From IMG/VR virus record IMGVR_UViG_3300010365_001407, positions 49,463 through 113,462 of that record: DNA of 64,000 nucleotides. The stretch is one strand, 5' to 3'. The DNA comes from a virus (Duplodnaviria > Heunggongvirae > Uroviricota > Caudoviricetes). How positions within the stretch are numbered: position 1 is the first letter of the stretch; the number at the start of each line of letters is the position of its first letter. The position numbers and the translations under genes are program-made. The notes beneath the pieces are model-generated. The model searched no databases. It had not been told where the DNA came from and saw nothing but the letters and a program-made list of their open reading frames with translations. Of the stretch, positions 36,489-44,972 are shown piece by piece.

Positions 36489-37913
36489 TTATTTTTTACC
36501 TTTTTTGTCAGTAGTTTCATCAACTACTGGAATGTCAATAACATTACTATTATTTGCAGGTTTCATACCTTTACCCATCATTTCCATGATTTGCATTCCA
36601 AGTAATCCATCTAATGAACCATTACCTTGTCCACCACCATTGATTAATAAGTCAGGCATAATTTTCACTTTACCTTTACCAATCTCTTCTGTTACTTTGA
36701 ATGTAGTAAAGTTATCTTTACCCATTGCATTAACTGCCAATTCATATGCTTTAGCAGTAGAAGTACCTACAGCTAATATTGCATCTGCATCTGCTTCACC
36801 AATAAGTTTTTTCTTTGTTGCTTCTGCTTCAGCATTTAATTTAGTTGCCTCTGCATTAGCTTCTGCTGCAATTTTTACTGAACTAGCAGCACCTGTTGCT
36901 TTTTTAACTTCTGCATCTGCAATTTTCTCTGAAATCTCAACACCTTGATTTGCTTTTACAACTTCACCTTGCATATCTGCAATTGCAGTTTGTTTTTCAA
37001 CACCTTGTCTTCTTACTTGAGCTTTTTCTTGAGTTTCATAAGTAACTTGTTGTTCTTCTGCAATTTTACGATCAGTTAATGTTTTCATTAATGATTCTGG
37101 TGGTGTAATATCACCAATCAATGTATCAACTGCATGAACATTCAATATTCTTCAAGAACAGAAGATATTGATTTTTTTGCAGCATCTTGTCTTGATTGAC
37201 GAGTAGATAAGAATGCAATAACATCTGAATCTTGTGCAGAGTTTCTAAAATAGTTACCAATTGTAGGCTCTAATACTTGTGATACAAGGTTTTGCATAGA
37301 ACCAAAACGTGCAATTACTTTTGGTGCTTCTGTCATTGGAATGTGAATAATCTGAGATACATCTAAGTTAAATGGGAAACCATCTTTAGAACGAACAGTA
37401 ATTAAAATCAGTTCTTGTAACTTTATCAGGTGTATCATAAAGAACTTGTTCAAGTGCCATTTCTCTTGCATCATCAGTAGGTAGTTTTTTAAATCTCCAA
37501 GAACTAAACATTAGTTTTCTTGATACTCCTTCAAATCTAACATAGTTATCAATATGTGTATAAGTACCTCCACTCCAATTTTTCATTTGTTTGCTAACAC
37601 TTGATAATTCATTTATCTTATACATACCACCTTTAACCAAAGTTTTGTAACTATCACTCTTACAGATAAGAATATCTCCTTTTGATAATTGTGAAAACTC
37701 TAATGGTTCTTCAACATTCTCTATTTTCCTAGCTATGTCAATTTTTGGCAAAGGTTTACCATCAGTAGTTTCAAAGTTATTGACTGTATACCAACCTATA
37801 TCTTTAATCCAAGCTCTACCAATTCTATCTTTCTTACTATTCTCTAATGCAACTACTTGATATGGTAAACCCTTTACCAATTTTATAGTTGCTTTTTTAC
37901 AAATTACTACCAT
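36489..37913 (-). pseudogene. SPFH/band-7 (flotillin-like) gene split over three reading frames
   Basis: ORFs 37386-37913, 37142-37474 and 36489-37145 read together: ...KLPTDDAREMALEQVLYDTPDKVTRTDFNY / VRSKDGFPFNLDVSQIIHIPM...AAKKSISSVLEEY / NVHAVDTLIGDIT...AEANAEATKLNAEAEATKK. That is an SPFH domain plus an Ala/Glu/Lys coiled-coil tail. Both frame changes sit in A/T homopolymer runs. Confidence 0.5.
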
Positions 37914-38311
37914 TAGTCTAACATTGTTTTTTTAACATTACCTTTTTCTTTTAATTTCTTAAATGAAGATGGACAATCCTTAATACCATTTTGCATCCAA
38001 TCTTGGAAATCCATATGTTCAAGATAATCTTGTGCAGTTGGAATAAATCTCATTCCAAAATCTTCAAGAATATGAATTTCACAAATATCTTTCACAGATA
38101 CTTCTTTACCATCAGAGTTAGTAATGGTATAACCAAAAATAGGTATCATTACCTCATGGATCCAAAAGGCATTATGAGTTAATGCTCTATGTCTGTTATC
38201 TGAAATATAAGCCTTAGAACAATCCATTTTAACATGAATTTCTAAATAATCTTCTAATTGTCCTCCAAATCTTCTTACTGATGATTTAGAGTGAATGTGT
38301 GCATTTGCCAT
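37913..38311 (-). CDS. hypothetical protein
   Basis: 132-aa ORF. Confidence 0.45.
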   Translation of the reverse strand: MANAHIHSKSSVRRFGGQLEDYLEIHVKMDCSKAYISDNRHRALTHNAFWIHEVMIPIFGYTITNSDGKEVSVKDICEIHILEDFGMRFIPTAQDYLEHMDFQDWMQNGIKDCPSSFKKLKEKGNVKKTMLD

Positions 38312-38312
38312 A

Positions 38313-38729
38313 CTATTTGTTATAATCTAATTTTTTTGTTAATTCTATTAGGTCTTCCTTAGTTAATTTACTAAGTATAAATTTAATTGTATCTTCTTGA
38401 TTAGTGAAGTAATTTAAGTTATCTGATATAAAGTCAATATAATCTTCTTGTTCTCCTAATCCCAATGTTAATAATTTGTATTCTCTTTCAAATTCAAGAC
38501 CACCATTTACTAAATACTGACCACCTACATCTTTCAAGTCTTTTCTAAATTGTTCAATACTTTTATCTCTTGATATTTCAAACTCAACTATCCTATTAAT
38601 ATCATAATCAAAAGTATCTACAATATCTTTGGATTCTTTCAATCCAAGACCACTTACTTCCTTTATAAGTTTTACAAATGCTAATTTACTTGGTGTTTTT
38701 TGAACACACTTCATTCTTATCTTTTTCAT
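38313..38729 (-). CDS. hypothetical protein
   Basis: 138-aa ORF. Confidence 0.45.
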   Translation of the reverse strand: MKKIRMKCVQKTPSKLAFVKLIKEVSGLGLKESKDIVDTFDYDINRIVEFEISRDKSIEQFRKDLKDVGGQYLVNGGLEFEREYKLLTLGLGEQEDYIDFISDNLNYFTNQEDTIKFILSKLTKEDLIELTKKLDYNK

Positions 38730-38730
38730 A

Positions 38731-39345
38731 TTACATTACTCTTTTAGTGGCTTCATTAAATAAATAGGAGTCAATAATCTTTTGGTCAACTTTACATACT
38801 TGATTAAAAGTATCACCAAAAGCGGATGTTTCATCATTATAATTGTGTATAGTGAAGTCAGATAGTCTATTTTTTTCAAGTTGATCCATTTCAGTCTTTG
38901 ATAAATCATTGATTTGTAATAATCCCATTTTAGTAAGATTTTTACATCTACTAATTCTATCTGTATGTGAGGCAAATATACTAATACTTTTATCCATATT
39001 TTTATCCCAACCTGTTTCAAACAAGATTGATGAATGGAAAATAGTGTATATTGAAGTTTGTTTTTTGTTGAACCTTTCATAAGCTCTGAAAATATCAGGT
39101 TCAACCATATTTAGTATGTTGTTGAATACTTCTGGGTTTTTAATTTCTCTGAAATTTAAGTAGTCACCTTGGAAAATTTCACTTCCTAATTCATCTTTAA
39201 TCTCACCTAATAATTCCCAATTGTAGTTTAATATAAAACGTAGTACAGTATCTGCATCAAATACAGGAATACCTATTTGTTTAAATAAATTAGCCACTCT
39301 AGTTTTACCAGAGTATCTACTACCACTTAATCCGATCTTAATCAT
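38731..39345 (-). CDS. P-loop kinase, dephospho-CoA kinase (CoaE)-like
   Basis: 204 aa; MIKIGLSGSRYSGKTRVANLFKQIGIPVFDADTV parallels the CoaE N-terminus (IGLTGGIGSGKS...V.DAD). Confidence 0.55.
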   Translation of the reverse strand: MIKIGLSGSRYSGKTRVANLFKQIGIPVFDADTVLRFILNYNWELLGEIKDELGSEIFQGDYLNFREIKNPEVFNNILNMVEPDIFRAYERFNKKQTSIYTIFHSSILFETGWDKNMDKSISIFASHTDRISRCKNLTKMGLLQINDLSKTEMDQLEKNRLSDFTIHNYNDETSAFGDTFNQVCKVDQKIIDSYLFNEATKRVM

Positions 39346-39440
39346 ACTATGTTTATATTTTTTACAAAGATATAACTTTATTTATTATTTATCTATTATT
39401 TATCTATTTTTTTTTATAATAATAGTAGGAGAGTGTGGTA

Positions 39441-39458
39441 AAATTAATATATAAAAAT
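39441..39458 (+). promoter_or_regulatory. AAATTAATATATAAAAAT promoter-like motif
   Basis: Upstream of the ATG at 39470. Confidence 0.35.
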
Positions 39459-39469
39459 AAAGATTATTT

Positions 39470-40117
39470 ATGACATATATTTACTCACTTGAACATCCTC
39501 TCACTGGAGAGATAAGATACATTGGGAAAACAAGAAGTCTTAAACAAAGATATTATTCACATACAGAAAATTATTCAAATAAAAGAAATAAATCTCATAG
39601 AACTAATTGGATCAATGGTCTCAAAAAAGATGGATTAAAACCAATTATAAAAATACTTGATGTAGTTGATGATAATGAATGGAAATTTTGGGAAATATAT
39701 TGGATTTCTCAATTTATAACTTGGGGATTTAATTTAGTTAATCATACTTATGGTGGTGAAGGTTCACAATTTGGTAATATAACATCTTTTAAAAAAGGTA
39801 ATATACCTTGGAATAATGGTACTGCTAAACCAAAAGAAATTAAAGAAACTAGAGGAAAATCTGAAAATAGTATAAAAACACAATTTAAAAAAAATCATAT
39901 CTCTTGGAATAAGAATAAAAAAGGTTATAAATTAACAGGTAATAAAAAAGCCAGACCTGTTTTGCAATATGATATAGAAGGTAATTTTATAAAGGAATAT
40001 GATAGTTGTTTAGATGCTGCAAATGAATTTGGATGTATTCTAGAAAATATAAGAAAAGTATGTGTTGGTAAGGGAAATACTGCAAAAGGCTTTATATGGA
40101 AATATAAATTTATATGA
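39470..40117 (+). CDS. GIY-YIG homing endonuclease
   Basis: 215 aa; YIYSLEHPLTGEIRYIGKTRSLKQRYYSHTE GIY-YIG motif; basic C-terminal half with NUMOD-like KxGxxxW repeats. Confidence 0.7.
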   Translation: MTYIYSLEHPLTGEIRYIGKTRSLKQRYYSHTENYSNKRNKSHRTNWINGLKKDGLKPIIKILDVVDDNEWKFWEIYWISQFITWGFNLVNHTYGGEGSQFGNITSFKKGNIPWNNGTAKPKEIKETRGKSENSIKTQFKKNHISWNKNKKGYKLTGNKKARPVLQYDIEGNFIKEYDSCLDAANEFGCILENIRKVCVGKGNTAKGFIWKYKFI

Positions 40118-40279
40118 AATACCATTTTTCTGTACATTTTTTACCTGATGCATTATCAGTAGTAAAATAATTAAATAATTCTTTTCTCATATTATATATA
40201 TTAAAAATTATGTTCTTTCCTATGAGAAATACCAAACATTTTAGTTTTTATTAATATAATTTACTAAAACAATCTTAAT

Positions 40280-41389
40280 ATGATAATAAATTTAAAAAGT
40301 CAAACTGACCTTTCGGGGTTCTATGTAGTTTATGAAGGTTCAACAAACTTAGAAAAACCAGGATGGTATGGAATATCACACTTAATGGAACACTTGGTTT
40401 GTAAATCATTTGATCACTTACAAGAAGATTTTGACAAAGATGGTATTGATTGGAATGCCTATACTTCTTCCAATGAAATTGTTTTCTATTTAACTGGTCT
40501 TGATGAAAAAGTTAATAAATGGAAAAAGAAATTTGTAGATTTATTAACAACTTTTAATATTACTAAAGAACAATTTGAAAATGAAAGAAAAATTGTATTA
40601 GAAGAGTATATGGATTCATTTAATGACCAAACCCAATCTCATATGTTAAATCTTTCAAGAAAATTATTTAATGATTATTCACCAATTGGTTTAAGAAAAG
40701 ATTTAGAGAACCTTAAATTTATGGATTGTCTTAACTTCTTTGAATTACAATATGCAAAACCAACAAAAATTATCAATGTGTCTAAACATAAAGACTTCAA
40801 AGATAAAAGTATTGAGTTTCAAGAAAGGGTTATTGTAAGTGATGTTAATTTTGGAAATCATGAAACTACAATGGAATTAAACAATGAGTTTAAAGATAAA
40901 ACATCTATTGCAATTCTATCTCCTGTAATTGAAGAAGATTTTGCTTATGTTCACTTTATTAATGCAATGTTATCTTTAGGATTAAAATCTCCTTTATACC
41001 AAGAAGTTAGAGAGAAAAAAGGATTAGTTTACTATGTTCATTGTTACCAGTCAAGAGTTAATGATAAAGGTATAAATACTATCTCAACACTAACTTCAAA
41101 TAAAAACTTTAAAGAAGTTGTTGAAGCTGTAAAAACAGTAATCACTAACCCTGACAAGTATTTAACTAAAGAAAGATTTAATCTTGTTAAAGAATACTAC
41201 GGTGTTAGAAAACAGAAAGATGATATTAATAGATATGGTTCTGTTAATCAATGGATTAATCCAAAAGGTTGGTCTGTATATGACATCTTAGATGAAGTGA
41301 CTTTGAAAAAAGTTAGAGAGGTTTATGATAAGTATTATGACTTTGATAAATTTTATATATCATCTGACAAAAAAGAATTCAAAAAATAA
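40280..41389 (+). CDS. M16-family (pitrilysin-like) metallopeptidase homologue
   Basis: 369 aa; inverted zinc-binding motif HxxEH in GISHLMEHLVCKS near the N-terminus. Confidence 0.5.
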   Translation: MIINLKSQTDLSGFYVVYEGSTNLEKPGWYGISHLMEHLVCKSFDHLQEDFDKDGIDWNAYTSSNEIVFYLTGLDEKVNKWKKKFVDLLTTFNITKEQFENERKIVLEEYMDSFNDQTQSHMLNLSRKLFNDYSPIGLRKDLENLKFMDCLNFFELQYAKPTKIINVSKHKDFKDKSIEFQERVIVSDVNFGNHETTMELNNEFKDKTSIAILSPVIEEDFAYVHFINAMLSLGLKSPLYQEVREKKGLVYYVHCYQSRVNDKGINTISTLTSNKNFKEVVEAVKTVITNPDKYLTKERFNLVKEYYGVRKQKDDINRYGSVNQWINPKGWSVYDILDEVTLKKVREVYDKYYDFDKFYISSDKKEFKK

Positions 41390-41392
41390 TAT

Positions 41393-42118
41393 ATGTTAAT
41401 TCCATATATTGGTGAGAAGACAAAGTTTTCACAATTTATAACACCCAATATACCAACAGATATATCTACTTATGTAGAACCATTTGGAGGCATGTTTGGT
41501 GTTTTCTTTTCTTTAGACTATGACAAATATGCTCATGTTGACTTTATCTATAATGATATTAATAATCTAAACTATAATCTATTCAATCAATTACAGAGTA
41601 ATAAAGATTTTATTGACTTAGTTAAATCAACTAAAGTAGATGAAGAATTTTATAGATTTTCATTGAAGGGAATTATTACTACAAAAGATGATGCTTTATT
41701 GGCATTACAATGGTTGGTAGTTTTAACTTGTTCTAACCCTTATCAAATTGGTCAAGATAGTTGGAGAAGTGATAAAGAGTTTGAAATATTCAAAATGAAA
41801 TATAGAGCTTATAAACCAAAGATAGATAGAATTACAAGTATTTATAGTACTGATTATAAGGATATTATTGATAAATATGATTCTCCTGAAACATTTTTCT
41901 ATGTTGATCCACCATACAAAAATAGAGAACACTACTACATAAATAACACATTCAAGAATAAATCACATGTAGAACTATCAAATATTCTAAATAATATAAA
42001 GGGTAGATTCATACTAAGTTATTACATGTTTGATGGATTGAGAGAATTATATCCTAATTGTAGATTTGACTCTAAGAAGACTATAATGGGAACAGAATGG
42101 ATAATTATGAATTATTAA
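41393..42118 (+). CDS. dam: Dam-family (D12 class) N6-adenine DNA methyltransferase
   Basis: 241 aa; LIPYIGEKTKF, VEPFGGMFGVFF and YVDPPYKN motifs. Confidence 0.75.
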   Translation: MLIPYIGEKTKFSQFITPNIPTDISTYVEPFGGMFGVFFSLDYDKYAHVDFIYNDINNLNYNLFNQLQSNKDFIDLVKSTKVDEEFYRFSLKGIITTKDDALLALQWLVVLTCSNPYQIGQDSWRSDKEFEIFKMKYRAYKPKIDRITSIYSTDYKDIIDKYDSPETFFYVDPPYKNREHYYINNTFKNKSHVELSNILNNIKGRFILSYYMFDGLRELYPNCRFDSKKTIMGTEWIIMNY

Positions 42119-42154
42119 TTTTTGTAAAAAAGAAATTATAGATAGACCCATTAA

Positions 42155-42170
42155 TTTTATATATAATAAT
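42155..42170 (+). promoter_or_regulatory. TTTTATATATAATAAT promoter-like motif
   Basis: Upstream of the ATG at 42185. Confidence 0.3.
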
Positions 42171-42184
42171 AAAAAAATCTGTTT

Positions 42185-42994
42185 ATGAAAATATCAAATA
42201 TAATTAGAGAGTCTATTAAAAATGATACATTATTTTTGGAACCAATTGAAATTTCAAAAAAATATAAAATTTGCCTATCAACAGTATATAATATTAAAAA
42301 GTCTGAAAATATAGAATCTAAAATACCAAATAAAAAATATAATCTGAATGATGAATATTTTGAAAATATTGATACTGAGGAAAAGGCTTATTGGTTAGGA
42401 TTTTTATATGCAGATGGATATGTAAGGATAAAGGATGGTAGATCTGGAGAGTTAAGATTAAAATTAAAGACTGGTGATAGGAAGCATATTGAATTGTTTA
42501 ATAAACACATAGGTTCTGATTATAATATTAAAGATATTACAACAAATGTAAAAGGAGTAGATAGTTTTGCATCATTTGTATCAATTTATAACACAAAATT
42601 AGTCAATGATTTAATTAAACATGGATGTGTTAGTAAAAAATCATTTATAGTAGAATTTCCAAATATTGATAAATCATTAGAAAGACACTTCATAAGAGGA
42701 TTTTTTGATGGAGATGGATGGTTTTTTATTAGAAAAATAAAAAATGGTATATATCCAAATTTTGGTATATGTTCAGCATCCAAAATAATAATAGATCAAA
42801 TTTATAAAATATTAGAAAATAATAATATAATATGTAGGTTTGAAAGGTCTGGTGTTACATATAGAGTGTGTAACACATGTAATGACTATATGGAAAAAAT
42901 ACACAACTATCTATATTCCAATTCAAGTGTTTATCTAGATAGGAAATTTAATATATTTTCAGATTATCTATCTGACAAAAAACCACTCATTTGA
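42185..42994 (+). CDS. LAGLIDADG homing endonuclease
   Basis: 269 aa; YWLGFLYADGYV and IRGFFDGDGWF motifs. Confidence 0.75.
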   Translation: MKISNIIRESIKNDTLFLEPIEISKKYKICLSTVYNIKKSENIESKIPNKKYNLNDEYFENIDTEEKAYWLGFLYADGYVRIKDGRSGELRLKLKTGDRKHIELFNKHIGSDYNIKDITTNVKGVDSFASFVSIYNTKLVNDLIKHGCVSKKSFIVEFPNIDKSLERHFIRGFFDGDGWFFIRKIKNGIYPNFGICSASKIIIDQIYKILENNNIICRFERSGVTYRVCNTCNDYMEKIHNYLYSNSSVYLDRKFNIFSDYLSDKKPLI

Positions 42995-43003
42995 GTGGTT
43001 TTA
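42979..43003. terminator. terminator hairpin overlapping the stop codon
   Basis: AACCACTC-ATTT-GAGTGGTT flanked by A-run and T-run. Confidence 0.55.
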
Positions 43004-43005
43004 TT

Positions 43006-43572
43006 TTAGTAATTAGTTTTTACATATTCTATTAAATCAGAAAGATTATCTGAATTATAAATATAAGGATGTTTGTCTAATAAAGATTCTAAAAACTTAA
43101 CTCTACCTTCTTTATAGGCATCATTACCATAAGATTTATATTCTTCATGAATTCCTTTTTCCCAATCAAGTAACTGGTCATAGTTTCCATTAGTAATAAC
43201 ATTCATATCAAATTGAATAAAATTACTTGATAGTCTGTTACTTGGTTCATGAGTTTTAGTATCTAAAATCATTTGATTAATATCTTGAATATCTTTATTC
43301 AATTCTTGACAACATTCTAAAAAGAATTGTGCTGATTTTTCTTCATTGTCCTGTTTCATTGGATCATAAACACAATCATGAAAAAGTGCAGTGATTAATA
43401 ACTTTTCATATTCTTTTTCAGAGAAAGCATGAGTGTTTTCATTTATTTGGTCAATCAAATCATTTAAGTGATTAAGTGTATGATAAGAACGATGTGATTC
43501 ATTCCACATTGCTAAAACTGTGTTAACATCACATTTAATGTTCCATTTGTTTAATAATTCTTGTAAATTCAT
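43006..43572 (-). CDS. HD-domain phosphohydrolase
   Basis: 188 aa; HTLNHLNDL...LLITALFHDCVYDP carries the H...HD metal-binding motif. Confidence 0.6.
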   Translation of the reverse strand: MNLQELLNKWNIKCDVNTVLAMWNESHRSYHTLNHLNDLIDQINENTHAFSEKEYEKLLITALFHDCVYDPMKQDNEEKSAQFFLECCQELNKDIQDINQMILDTKTHEPSNRLSSNFIQFDMNVITNGNYDQLLDWEKGIHEEYKSYGNDAYKEGRVKFLESLLDKHPYIYNSDNLSDLIEYVKTNY

Positions 43573-43737
43573 ATTATTTATTATTTTTATAAAAGTATAT
43601 ATTAATATATTGATGGTTTAATATCTATACTAGATAATAACTTTACTATTTTAGTTTTTCTCTTATTTGCTTTTGCTGCAATATTAAGATGTTTGTTGAA
43701 GTTCTTCCAGACAAAATCAAAATCTATATTTCTCATA

Positions 43738-43989
43738 TTACTTCTTTAATATTAAATCAATTTTAGCTTCTCTTGCTGATGCCTTTTCTCTTAGTAGTCT
43801 TGCTTCTCTTTCTTGAGGTGTTTCTTCTCTTTTAGTTTTATAAGTATTCCAATAACTATTCTTCATATAATCACCTAAGAGATCATCAATACTATAAGAA
43901 GATCCTAATTCCTTTAATAATTTATCATAGGAAGAGTACTTGTCTGTTTTGTAATAATTTTTATCAAAAATATCCCACTTTTCATTCAT
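43738..43989 (-). CDS. hypothetical protein
   Basis: 83-aa ORF. Confidence 0.4.
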   Translation of the reverse strand: MNEKWDIFDKNYYKTDKYSSYDKLLKELGSSYSIDDLLGDYMKNSYWNTYKTKREETPQEREARLLREKASAREAKIDLILKK

Positions 43990-43992
43990 AAT

Positions 43993-44862
43993 TTATAGTT
44001 GTTTAGTTAATTCATTGTATAATTTTTCAAATACATCATATGATTTATCTGTTATCATAATATATGTATATCCTTCTTTAATTGTATATTCTTTTTTAAG
44101 AATGTTTTTATTTTTATGTAAATTATAGTAGTATGTTGATTTAATTTCTATTATTAAATTAATACTTTCAATATAAAAATCAGGTAAGTATTTTCTTTTT
44201 TTACCATCTTCATAATAATCTATTGTAAATTTTGGTTTTGATATAGGTATATTACTATTTTTACAGAAATGTAAAAAATTCAACTCATATTTACCTTGAT
44301 ACTTAATACTTTCAAAATCATTTATTAAAAATGATGATTTTATTCTTTTATCATTTATTTCATTAGACTGCATAGGATTTTCAACTCCATATTTCTCAAT
44401 CATACTTTGTTTATATGTAATTGAGTTTACATAATTACTAGAATTATATTTAATCATACAAGTCTTTCTTGTCTTATCTTTTACTAACTCTGATTTATTT
44501 GGATTATCAAATCCATATCTATTAATACAAGTACTTTTAATCTTATCTAAAATTATTGGATTTTGTAATTGATGTTGAAAACCTGTTCTTTTAAAATATG
44601 TTTTTTCTCTCTTTTCTTTTGAGCATTTTGATGAACAAGAATAATAACCACCATTTTTTATATTTTTAATATATTTTTTATAACTTAATTTTTTTTCATT
44701 GTCACATAAATCACATTTGACTAATAATGGTATTGTAACACCAATTGGTAAATCACTTATATTTACTAATATAAAATCATTGACCTTACAATTATACTTC
44801 TCTTTGTAGAAGCGTATATTGGCTCTATGTATTTTAACTTCTATTTCTTTATCTATTATCAT
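43993..44862 (-). CDS. homing-endonuclease-like protein with C-terminal PD-(D/E)xK fold
   Basis: 289 aa; Cys-rich N-terminus (CDLCDN...CSSKC), repeated ~33-residue modules (NPNKSELVKDKTRKTCMIKYNSS... / NPMQSNEINDKRIKSS...) and C-terminal YLPDFYIESINLIIEIKS. Confidence 0.5.
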   Translation of the reverse strand: MIIDKEIEVKIHRANIRFYKEKYNCKVNDFILVNISDLPIGVTIPLLVKCDLCDNEKKLSYKKYIKNIKNGGYYSCSSKCSKEKREKTYFKRTGFQHQLQNPIILDKIKSTCINRYGFDNPNKSELVKDKTRKTCMIKYNSSNYVNSITYKQSMIEKYGVENPMQSNEINDKRIKSSFLINDFESIKYQGKYELNFLHFCKNSNIPISKPKFTIDYYEDGKKRKYLPDFYIESINLIIEIKSTYYYNLHKNKNILKKEYTIKEGYTYIMITDKSYDVFEKLYNELTKQL

Positions 44863-44940
44863 AATGTATATATAAAATATATACTTCTCCCATACTATAT
44901 AAGGTCTAAATTAATAAAAATAGTTTAGACTATTAATTTT

Positions 44941-44958
44941 TTTATATATACTAAAAAG
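44941..44958 (+). promoter_or_regulatory. TTTATATATACTAAAAAG promoter-like motif
   Basis: Upstream of the ATG at 44973. Confidence 0.35.
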
Positions 44959-44972
44959 TCAATCATAGTTAA

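Noticed and set aside
36505-36948. 147-aa plus-strand ORF, Ala/Ser/Pro-rich.
   Set aside because: Antisense to the flotillin-like coiled-coil region. The low-complexity composition mirrors the Ala/Glu/Lys tail on the other strand, so it is a shadow ORF.
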